From: Phycisphaerae bacterium
GTDB taxonomy: Bacteria > Planctomycetota > Phycisphaerae > UBA1845 > PWPN01
Length of the DNA stretch: 64,000 nt
Reading direction: 5' to 3'
Assembly (NCBI GenBank): GCA_012719955.1
Contig: JAAXZI010000161.1
Span: forward strand, 6,107 to 70,106
The first letter of the stretch is position 1. Every line of letters begins with the position of its first letter. Of the stretch, positions 42,068-50,582 are shown piece after piece. Position numbers and translations under genes: made by a program. The notes below the pieces were generated by a model that was not told the DNA's origin, searched no databases, and was given only the letters and a program-made list of their open reading frames with translations.

Positions 42068-43267
42068 TCAGCCCAGAATGGCAGCCCCGCCGGTGCTGAT
42101 GCCCTTCAGTCGCATCTTTAATTCTTGCGGGTTGGGTGAAGCTGCATAGGCCGTTGAGGTCTCAATGAACTCATTTTCCACGAGGTTCTTGAGGCACTCA
42201 TTCATGTCCAGCATGCCTTCGGCCTGGCAGGCCCGGATGACCTTGCCGATTTCATCCTCACGCTTCTCATCGATCAGCTTGCGGATGGTCGGATTGGCAA
42301 ACATGATCTCGACCGCCGGTACCCGGGCAATGCCGGGCTTGATGCAAGGCAGAAGCTTCTGACAGATGATAGCTTGAAGGTTGAACACCAGGGTCTGGCG
42401 GACGAGATCGCGGGAGCCCTCCGGGAGCAGGTCGAGCACACGGGTGACGGTCTGGGCGGAGCCCGAGGCGTGCACGGTTCCGAAGACCAGGTGGCCGGTT
42501 TCGGCGGCATTCAGTGCGGCCATGAAGGTTTCGGCGTCGCGCATTTCGCCGACCAGCACGACGTCCGGGTCTTCACGCATGAGGTACTTGAGGGCTTCGC
42601 CGAAATCTTTGACGTCGATGTGTACCTCGCGCTGGTTGATGAGGGCTTTCTTATCCTCAAAGAGATACTCGATCGGATCCTCGATGGTCACGATGTGACA
42701 GGCCCGATGGGCGTTGATGTAATCGAGGGCGGCCGCAATCGTCGTGGACTTTCCGGAGCCGGTGATACCTGCCAGGAGCACGAGGCCCTGGTGGTATTCA
42801 GTGATTTTGTAAATCGATTTCGGAAGGCAGAGCTGATCAAAGTTGAGAATCGTCTTGTTGACCCGGCGGGCAGCCACGCTGAGGGTGCCGCGTTGACGGA
42901 AGATGTTGACGCGGAAGCGGTCGGAGCCGCCAAGCTGGTAGGCGAAGTCGGAAGCGCCTCGCTCGGCGAGCTGGCGCTTCTGCTGGTCGGTCATGATCTC
43001 GAACCAGATGGCTTCCACTTCCTCGGCGCTCAGGGGCGGACCTTTGATGGGGCGCAACTCGCCCTTGTAGCGGACGTGCACGCGGGCGCCGCTCTTGAAG
43101 TGCAGGTCGGAAGCCTGGATATCCACCATGTACTTCAGGTACTTGTGGATCTTCGGCTCCTTCTTGGGCGTGGCGGGTATCCCCTGACCATTGTCCCCAG
43201 ACGCGCTCTCGCTGTCCGAAATGTTCATTTCCAGCCCGCTATCCGCTTTGATGTCCGTATCTGCCAT
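42068..43267 (-). CDS. pilT: PilT/PilU family type IV pilus ATPase
   Basis: ASDLH, RFRVNIFRQRG, GITGSGKSTT, TIEDPIE, REDPDVVLVGEMRD, AETGHLVFGTVH; GGAGGAGG RBS before ATG 43267. Confidence 0.92.
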   Translation of the reverse strand: MADTDIKADSGLEMNISDSESASGDNGQGIPATPKKEPKIHKYLKYMVDIQASDLHFKSGARVHVRYKGELRPIKGPPLSAEEVEAIWFEIMTDQQKRQLAERGASDFAYQLGGSDRFRVNIFRQRGTLSVAARRVNKTILNFDQLCLPKSIYKITEYHQGLVLLAGITGSGKSTTIAAALDYINAHRACHIVTIEDPIEYLFEDKKALINQREVHIDVKDFGEALKYLMREDPDVVLVGEMRDAETFMAALNAAETGHLVFGTVHASGSAQTVTRVLDLLPEGSRDLVRQTLVFNLQAIICQKLLPCIKPGIARVPAVEIMFANPTIRKLIDEKREDEIGKVIRACQAEGMLDMNECLKNLVENEFIETSTAYAASPNPQELKMRLKGISTGGAAILG

Positions 43268-43290
43268 GATGCAATCTGCCTCCTCCAGGC

Positions 43291-44058
43291 TCACAGCCGA
43301 ACCGGGATGCCCCGGTCGGCCATGAAACGCTTGGTTTCATGAATGCTGTAGGTTCCAAAGTGAAAAATGCTTGCCGCCAAGGCGGCATCGGCCTTGCCGA
43401 TCGTGACGGCATCGGCCAGATGCTGCGGGCAACCCGCCCCACCGGACGCCACGACGGGGATGGTAACGGCCTCGGCCACTGCCCGGGTGATCCCCAAATC
43501 ATAGCCGTTCTGCGTCCCATCAGCGTCCATACATGTCAGGACGATTTCCCCGGCTCCAAGTTCTTCCACGCGTTGGGCCCAGGGGACGGCTTCCAGCCCG
43601 GTGGGGATTCGCCCCCCGTTGATGTGGACGTCCCAGACCTCGCGGCCGTCGCGGCGGACTCGCTTGGGGTCGATGTTGACCACGATGCACTGGCGGCCGA
43701 AGCGTTCCGCCGCCTGACGGATGAAGTCGGGGTTGCGCACCGCGGCGGAATTGATGGAAACCTTGTCGGCTCCGGCGTTTAAGAGTCTGCGAATATCTTC
43801 CAGGTGACGGATGCCCCCGCCGACGGTGAGGGGCATAAAGACCTGCTCAGCGGTCCGGGCGACCACGTCGAGGAGGATGTCGCGTTGTTCGTGGCTGGCG
43901 GTGATATCGAGGAAGACCAGCTCGTCAGCCCCGGCCGCCTCGTAGCCGCGGGCGATTTCCACGGGGTCGCCGGCATCGCGCAGATTGATGAAATTGACTC
44001 CCTTGACTACCCGACCGGCATGCACGTCGAGACAGGGAATAATGCGCTTTGCAAGCAT
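43291..44058 (-). CDS. hisF: Imidazole glycerol phosphate synthase cyclase subunit
   Basis: [42 protein letters not shown] and ALAASIFH motifs. Confidence 0.97.
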   Translation of the reverse strand: MLAKRIIPCLDVHAGRVVKGVNFINLRDAGDPVEIARGYEAAGADELVFLDITASHEQRDILLDVVARTAEQVFMPLTVGGGIRHLEDIRRLLNAGADKVSINSAAVRNPDFIRQAAERFGRQCIVVNIDPKRVRRDGREVWDVHINGGRIPTGLEAVPWAQRVEELGAGEIVLTCMDADGTQNGYDLGITRAVAEAVTIPVVASGGAGCPQHLADAVTIGKADAALAASIFHFGTYSIHETKRFMADRGIPVRL

Positions 44059-44445
44059 CAACCGCTACTCATTCAGCAGGACACATCGAGCAAATCCTGG
44101 CCAATGGCTGGCCACTCCAGCCTGGGGCGGGTGTCACCGACCCTGGCCTTCGCCCCCTCCCAAACCCGGTCGAGGACTGAAGGTATGGCCCTTCGGCGGG
44201 AACGGATCTGGCCGGCCAAGACGATTCGTTCAGCAGACCGGAATCCGTTATCGGTATTGTATCTGTTTGTAAGTGCCCCGTTCAAGGGGAGGATCTTCCC
44301 ATTGGTATCACACGAAGGGCCGCTGTTTCGGGGGTGTTCAGGAAGTCGCGGGTGGCTTTTACCCGCTGCTGAATCGTACATTTGGGTATCACCGGCCTGT
44401 ACCGGGGTCCGGTAAGCCTTGATCAACCAACTCGGAGAGAACCAG

Positions 44446-44889
44446 ATGCTGGACACGCGGATGGGGGAAGTGTTGTGCCGGATGGGGATTATTCAGAAGG
44501 AGGATATCGACAGGATCCTGAGCCAGCAGCGGCAGACCCGACAGAAGTTCGGGCAGATCGCGATTCGGCTGGGCCTGGTTACTCAGGAGCAGATCTGGGA
44601 GGCCTGGGCGCGGCAACTGGCCGAGCGCGAAGGCATTGACCTGGATGCCGTGGGCAGCGACACCCCCGCGGTGGAGACGCTCCCGCTGGCAACGGCCCGG
44701 CGTTTTGGGGTGGTTCCCCTTCGGCTGTGGGGTCAGAACCTGGTGGTGGCCGCACCGGCCGACATCTCCGGTGCGACGCTGGAGCAACTGGCCCGGGAGA
44801 CGGGGTGCCAGATTCACGTGTGCGTTTCGACGTCCTCCAGCATTCGCGAGCACCTTCAGCGGCTGTCCGAGGCCATGTGCGCCGCCTGA
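44446..44889 (+). CDS. Stand-alone MshEN/T2SSE_N domain protein (c-di-GMP receptor-type)
   Basis: Tandem motifs RMGEVLCRMGIIQKEDIDRILSQQ and KFGQIAIRLGLVTQEQIWEAWARQ, then LPLATARRFGVVPL; no ATPase domain. Confidence 0.8.
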   Translation: MLDTRMGEVLCRMGIIQKEDIDRILSQQRQTRQKFGQIAIRLGLVTQEQIWEAWARQLAEREGIDLDAVGSDTPAVETLPLATARRFGVVPLRLWGQNLVVAAPADISGATLEQLARETGCQIHVCVSTSSSIREHLQRLSEAMCAA

Positions 44890-46523
44890 GCGACCGGCGG
44901 ACCGGCAGTCGCTGTCGGGCCATCGGGCAGGTCTCGGCCGAAGGGGATCTCCTGCAGAGGGATTTCCGGGTGTTTGGAGGCGAAGTAGCGCAGCGTCCAG
45001 TCATTCGGAAAGAGCAGGACGGCGTTGTCGGACGCATCCCGGGCCAGTTTGACGCCGCCGGGCAGGATCAATTCGCGAAGCTGATTGCCGGATACCTCCG
45101 GGGAAACCCAGCGCAGGACGGTCCAGGGAGCCGGCTCCAGGCGGGTTTCGACGTTGTACTCGGTTTGGAGGCGGTACTGGGCCACGTCGAACTGGAGAGC
45201 GCCCACCGCGCCGAGGATGGATACCCGGCGCGCCTCGTCGGGATCGTGGAAAAGCTGGATAACGCCTTCGCGTTCGAGTTGTCCGAGGCCCTCGCGGAAC
45301 TGCTTGGCCTGGGCGGTGCCGGCGTGCAGATACGCGAAACACTCGGGGGCGAAGGGGGGGATGCCGTGATAGATGAGACTGCCATCCTCGGTGAGGGTAT
45401 CGCCCACGCGAAATTCTGAATGGCCGACGATGCCGATGATGTCGCCGGCGAAGGCTTCGTCGATGGTCTCGCGGTCCTGGCCGAAGAGTTTGTGGGAGCT
45501 GGCCAGGCGCGTCCTGCGCCCGGTGCGCGGGTGAATGACGGTCATGTCGCGTTTGAACTGTCCGGAGCAGACGCGGACGAAAGCCAGCGTATCGCGATGC
45601 CGGGGATCCATGTTGGCCTGGATCTTGAAGATGAAGCCGGAAAACTGGGCGAGATCGGGTGGTACCGACCGGCCAATGGCCTCGCGCGGACCGGGGGCGG
45701 GGGCCAGCTCCAGGAAGGAGTCGAGCAGCAACTGGACGCCGAAGTTATTGGCCGCGCTGCCGAAGAACACCGGCGTGAGATCGCCCCGTCGCACAGCCTG
45801 GCGGTCGAACGTGGCGCCGGCGACCGTAAGCACCTCCAGCTCCTCGACAACCGGATCGAGCAGATGGGCGGGGATTCTCTCGCGGACCAGCGGATCGGAA
45901 AGGCCGGCCACCTGGACCGGGGCCTTGTAAGCCCCGCCGGGGGTGCGTTCGAAGAGATGCATCCGGCTGGTGAGACGATCGAAGACGCCGCGGAAATCCG
46001 GGCCGGAGGCCAGCGGCCAGTTCACCGCATAAGCTTGCATCCCGAGGACGCTTTCCAACTGGTCGAGCAGCCAGAGAGGTTCGCGCGCCGGGCGGTCGAG
46101 CTTGTTCATGAAGGTAAAGATGGGAATCCGCCGGCGACGGCAGACCTCGAAGAGCTTGCGGGTCTGGCTCTCGATGCCCTTGGCGGCGTCGATGACCATG
46201 ATCACCGAATCGACGGCCATCAGCACCCGGTAGGTGTCCTCGGAGAAGTCCTTGTGGCCGGGGGTGTCCAGCAGGTTGATGACGTAGCCGTCGTACTCGA
46301 ACTGGAGCAAGGTCGAGCTGACGGAGATGCCGCGCTGCCTTTCGAGCTCCATCCAGTCGGAGGCGGTGGCGCGCTGGTGTTTGCGGGCGGTGACCGAACC
46401 GGCCAGTTGGACGGCCCCGCCGTAGAGCAGGAACTTCTCGGTCAGGGTGGTCTTACCGGCATCCGGGTGAGAGATAATCGCGAAGGTCCGGCGGCGCCGG
46501 ATCTGGTCATTAAGGCTGGGCAT
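44856..46523 (-). CDS. prfC: Peptide chain release factor 3
   Basis: RRTFAIISHPDAGKTTLTEK, DTPGHKDFSEDTYR, NKLDR and FKIQANMDPRHRD motifs. Confidence 0.97.
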   Translation of the reverse strand: MPSLNDQIRRRRTFAIISHPDAGKTTLTEKFLLYGGAVQLAGSVTARKHQRATASDWMELERQRGISVSSTLLQFEYDGYVINLLDTPGHKDFSEDTYRVLMAVDSVIMVIDAAKGIESQTRKLFEVCRRRRIPIFTFMNKLDRPAREPLWLLDQLESVLGMQAYAVNWPLASGPDFRGVFDRLTSRMHLFERTPGGAYKAPVQVAGLSDPLVRERIPAHLLDPVVEELEVLTVAGATFDRQAVRRGDLTPVFFGSAANNFGVQLLLDSFLELAPAPGPREAIGRSVPPDLAQFSGFIFKIQANMDPRHRDTLAFVRVCSGQFKRDMTVIHPRTGRRTRLASSHKLFGQDRETIDEAFAGDIIGIVGHSEFRVGDTLTEDGSLIYHGIPPFAPECFAYLHAGTAQAKQFREGLGQLEREGVIQLFHDPDEARRVSILGAVGALQFDVAQYRLQTEYNVETRLEPAPWTVLRWVSPEVSGNQLRELILPGGVKLARDASDNAVLLFPNDWTLRYFASKHPEIPLQEIPFGRDLPDGPTATAGPPVAQAAHMASDSR

Positions 46524-46981
46524 GTTGATACAAGTCTTTTGCTGTTACGTGATGATTGTTTATCAGTGATCCTGTGGCCGATGGACGGGTTCCCATGGGG
46601 ATCCCATCAGGCAGTCGTTGTGTAACCGTCGGGAAGCAGGCTAGGGGGGACTGACCGTATTCCCTCCGGGCGTGCGATACAGCGTGACTGTCGGCGTGGT
46701 TTGTTTCATGACCAGAGTATAGGACGGGGCAGGCTGGGCCCGCAAGTGGCCAGTTTCTGGAGGTAATTTCCAGGGAGCAGCCCGCGGTCAGCTTTCGGCC
46801 CTCGCGCTTGCTGGTGGCCTGGGGTGTGGGCATTGGCCATTCCATGCCATGACGATTCACCACGACGCGGGGGGCTTCGTGCTGACCACAGCGGGGCGCG
46901 GTGTGGTGTTGACTGGCCGGGCGTGATCCTTCGCAGCCCGCGGGAGCCTCATGCCTGATCGGCGGCCGGTTATCGGGCCCG

Positions 46982-48022
46982 GTGTTCAAGCCTGCTCAAA
47001 TCCTGGCCGATGGCCTCAATGTGAGAAGGTATCGACTATGGCTTGAAACCCTTGCGCGCCGACCATGCCCCGTGCGCCGCCGGCGGCGCGCGGTCACGCT
47101 GGTGGAGCTCATCATCGTCGTAATGCTGACCGGCACGGTCATGCTGACGGTCGGGTACGTGACCACGCAGATTACCTCCGGCGTGGCCAACGTGGACCGA
47201 CGCTCGCAGGCCCAGACAGAGGCGGCCCTGGCCATGGTTCGCATCAGGAACGAGCTGGAATACGCGACTTCCATTGTCGCCCTTGATTCCAAACGGATCA
47301 GCTTCAAGCATCCCGACGTTAACGGGGACAACCAGGTAGACACCATTACCTATGAATGGTCCGGCGTCGGCGGGGATCCCATTACCCGTGAGATCAATGA
47401 GGGCGGGAAACAGCCGGTGCTGGATCGGTGTCGATCCCTGACCTTTCGCTCCGCAAGGCGGCCGATCACTCTGATAGCCGGCCGGAGTTACCCGCTGAAA
47501 CTGGAGTATTACGACAACACGGGGCTAGCCACCTGCGTTCTCAAATGGTCGGCCCGGGGAGTCAGCAAGCAGGTCGTGCCCAGCGCCTGTCTGCGCCCCG
47601 CATCTATCGATCCCCAGGCACCCAACGGAGGGGCCGGCCTTACCGGTCAGTACTATGACAACATTGATTTCACCGATCTCAGGCTGACCCGCACCGATGC
47701 GGTGGTGGACTTCGACTGGGGCTATTCGCGGCCCGCGCTCCTGATCGATGACAATACCTTCTCGATTCGGTGGACCGGGCAGGTTTGCCCCGCAATCACC
47801 GGCGAGTACACCTTTTATGTCACCTCCGATGATGGCGTTCGGCTCTGGGTGAACGGCATGCTCGTGATCGATAACTGGACGGACCATACCTCCACTGAGG
47901 ATCAAGGCGCGTCCATGGGCCTGTGGCGGATCGACATCGGCATTGAGGCCGGATCGGCCGAGGTCCCGGTGCGACTGGATGGGGCCGTGAACCTGGTGAA
48001 TCGACCAGGGATGGAGGGGTGA
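46982..48022 (+). CDS. Minor pilin/pseudopilin (PilW/GspJ-like) with an inserted PA14 domain
   Basis: RRRRA/VTLVELIIVVML prepilin motif; PA14 motifs GLTGQYY, DFDWG, FSIRWTG and SDDGVRLWVNG. Start uncertain (46982 or 47021). Confidence 0.85.
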   Translation: MFKPAQILADGLNVRRYRLWLETLARRPCPVRRRRRAVTLVELIIVVMLTGTVMLTVGYVTTQITSGVANVDRRSQAQTEAALAMVRIRNELEYATSIVALDSKRISFKHPDVNGDNQVDTITYEWSGVGGDPITREINEGGKQPVLDRCRSLTFRSARRPITLIAGRSYPLKLEYYDNTGLATCVLKWSARGVSKQVVPSACLRPASIDPQAPNGGAGLTGQYYDNIDFTDLRLTRTDAVVDFDWGYSRPALLIDDNTFSIRWTGQVCPAITGEYTFYVTSDDGVRLWVNGMLVIDNWTDHTSTEDQGASMGLWRIDIGIEAGSAEVPVRLDGAVNLVNRPGMEG

Positions 48023-48120
48023 TGTCCGCTTTAGTTTCACAGTTTCGTGAACCATCAGCGGGAATAACCGGCGCGGCGCCCGACCGCTACGGCGAGAAGG
48101 GTGGCGACGGCGTCTGGTCG

Positions 48121-48660
48121 ATGCGGTGGCCCCGATCGGTGCGGACTCGCCGGGGCCTGACGATGGTCGAAGTGACTATCAGCCTGATCATCCTTGGCGT
48201 GGCCATTACCGCCGGGGTGCGCACGCTGGGCAGCTTCGCGACCAGCAGCAAGGCCTGGGCGGAACGCAGCGTGGCCATGGAACTGGCCAATGCCCTTATG
48301 AGCGAGATTACGACGCTTCCCTTCGCCGATCCGGATGGGGGCAACGTGATCGGGTGCGATCCCGGTGAGACCGCCGCGGATCGAACCACCTTTGACGACA
48401 TTGATGATTATCACGGCTGGGAGGCTTCACCGCCGCAGGATGCCTCCGGGACGGCATTGACCGCCTATAGCGGCTTCCGGCAGCAGGTTGCCGTAGCGTA
48501 TGACGACGCGCTCGGCGAGCCCCTGGCCGTCGATTTTGAGGCGGGCACTTTCAAGAAGATCACGGTCACCATTTCGAAGGATAACAAGGTGCTGGCCCGG
48601 CTGGTGACTGTGCGGGCGCGTCAGGCCGACGTGATGAACGGTTCAACAATCGGTGAATGA
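48121..48660 (+). CDS. Minor pilin/pseudopilin (PilV/GspI-like)
   Basis: RRG/LTMVEVTISLIILGVAI; FDDIDDYHG motif. Start is ATG 48121 or upstream 48019/48022. Confidence 0.85.
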   Translation: MRWPRSVRTRRGLTMVEVTISLIILGVAITAGVRTLGSFATSSKAWAERSVAMELANALMSEITTLPFADPDGGNVIGCDPGETAADRTTFDDIDDYHGWEASPPQDASGTALTAYSGFRQQVAVAYDDALGEPLAVDFEAGTFKKITVTISKDNKVLARLVTVRARQADVMNGSTIGE

Positions 48661-48729
48661 AGCGGGCCGTCCTTCGAGGGACGGCGGTGAGCGCGAGCAG
48701 TCTCAAGGTTGGTCCTGGTGGTGGTGGAG

Positions 48730-50025
48730 ATGAGTCGGTTTCTTCGAGCTGGTGGGCGGAGCGTGTGGCGGACGCATAGTCGTCGAGCCGCCGCCGTCTA
48801 CCTGTTGACGCTGTCCATTTCCATGCTGCTGGTTGGGGTCGGTTTTACGCTCATCACCATTCAGCGGGCGGACCGGCGACTGCAACAAAATCTGGCCTGC
48901 ACCGATGAGCTGAAATGGTGTGCCCGTGCCGGGATCGAAATAGCCCTGGCGGTGATGGAACAGAAGCCGGATTGGCGCGCGACGATGGTGGGCGATGAGC
49001 TCTTCAAGGACTTGCCGGTCGGGAAGGGCAAGGTGACCGTGCAAGTGTTTGACGATCCGGATGGCCAGAGCGCCAACAATGATGCCGATCCGCTGCGCAT
49101 CAAGGTGGTGGCCAGCCGCGACGGGGCCCAGTCGTGCCTGGAGGCCCGTCTGCGTCCGCGACCGCATCGGGCGCTGCGCTACGCGCTCTTCGGAACGGGT
49201 GTGGAGCCGATCGAGTTCAGAGCCCAAGCCACCGTCAGCGGGCCGGTTCGAGCGCACGGTCCGATCCTCGCGAATGCCGGTAACCAGGTGCAGGATGATG
49301 CCAGCTTTGAGACCATGACGGGTTACGCGATCGCAGATCCGCTGGCGCCCAAGCGGTTCGTGGACACGGCGATTCCGGCTCCGCAGCCGCCGATGGCCTT
49401 CTATCAATCTATGGCCACGGTCATCACCGGCAGCTCCGGCAGCCACTGCGAACTCAAGGGCTTTAATCTGACCCCGACCAGCAATCCCGGCGGCACGCCT
49501 AATCCGCACGGTATTTACTGGTTGCGCGCCGGCGGTCGGGAGGTCCTGATCGAAAATCTGCATCTGCGGGGAACGCTGATCATCAGCGAAACCGGCACGA
49601 ACGGCGTGACCTTTCAGAAGGGACTCATGGTAGAGCCCGGCCCGCTGTCCTATCCGGTTCTCCTGGTGGACTGCCCGTGGGGCACACTGCGAATCTCTCC
49701 GGATTCCGGCATGCTGGAAACCCTTATTACCATCACTCCATACGTCCCCGGCATTGGCCTGCTGGGCGTCGATATGAACGAGGATGGGGATAAGCTGGAC
49801 ACGATTCCCTCGCAGGTTCGGGGGCTCGTCTGGAGCAACGCCGCCCATGTGGTCCTGGAGTACCAGCAATGGTCTTTCAGCGGTTGTTTGATCGGCAACC
49901 GAATCACCGTTGACCACGGAGTGAACGTGGACAACGACCTGGCTCTGCTGGATACGTCGTGCCCCGGTTTCGTGGACAGCGCGATGTCCGTTGAACAGGG
50001 ATCGATCCGGGAGGGGCGACCATGA
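48730..50025 (+). CDS. PilX/GspK-like large minor pilin
   Basis: RRAAA/VYLLTLSISMLLVGVG (no Glu5), ARAGIEIAL; position within the pilin operon. Confidence 0.75.
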   Translation: MSRFLRAGGRSVWRTHSRRAAAVYLLTLSISMLLVGVGFTLITIQRADRRLQQNLACTDELKWCARAGIEIALAVMEQKPDWRATMVGDELFKDLPVGKGKVTVQVFDDPDGQSANNDADPLRIKVVASRDGAQSCLEARLRPRPHRALRYALFGTGVEPIEFRAQATVSGPVRAHGPILANAGNQVQDDASFETMTGYAIADPLAPKRFVDTAIPAPQPPMAFYQSMATVITGSSGSHCELKGFNLTPTSNPGGTPNPHGIYWLRAGGREVLIENLHLRGTLIISETGTNGVTFQKGLMVEPGPLSYPVLLVDCPWGTLRISPDSGMLETLITITPYVPGIGLLGVDMNEDGDKLDTIPSQVRGLVWSNAAHVVLEYQQWSFSGCLIGNRITVDHGVNVDNDLALLDTSCPGFVDSAMSVEQGSIREGRP

Positions 50026-50522
50026 GGAATGGTTGCATCTTGCGTTCCGGCCGCTGGGCACGCCTGCCGCGTGCTGTCCGTGGCTTCAGCCTGGTCGAGC
50101 TGATCATGGTGCTGGTGATTCTGGCCCTCCTGTCGGCCGTGGCCGTGCCCCGGACGGGTAATATGCTTCGCCGCAGCCGGCTCGACCTGGCCTCCCGGCG
50201 GCTGCTGGCGGATCTGCAACTGACGCGTTCGCAGGCCATCCGCGATTCCGCCGAGCGCAAGCTGATGCTCGACCTGTCGCTGCAACAATACACGATGCCG
50301 CAGCACGGCGGCACCAACCGAACCCACACGGTCGCGCTGAACGTGTCACCCTACGAGGGGGTACGGCTGGTGGGGAGCAGTTTCAACCCGCCCGAGGTGA
50401 TCTTCAACCGCCTGGGCTTGCCCCAGAGCGGGGGGACGATCATGTTGCAGGCGGGTTCTGAGATCGTCACCATCACCATCAGTTCCACGACCGGGCGCGC
50501 GACGCGGGTGTGGGGGCCGTAG
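50022..50522 (+). CDS. GspH/FimT family pseudopilin
   Basis: RG/FSLVELIMVLVILALLSAVAVPR, RLLADLQLTRSQAI and VIFNRLGLP; ATGA overlap with the upstream gene. Confidence 0.9.
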   Translation: MRNGCILRSGRWARLPRAVRGFSLVELIMVLVILALLSAVAVPRTGNMLRRSRLDLASRRLLADLQLTRSQAIRDSAERKLMLDLSLQQYTMPQHGGTNRTHTVALNVSPYEGVRLVGSSFNPPEVIFNRLGLPQSGGTIMLQAGSEIVTITISSTTGRATRVWGP

Positions 50523-50582
50523 CGAAACATACTCAGTCGAAGGATTGGAGGTCGGTGGGCGGGGGGATCGGGTGACCAGCGG

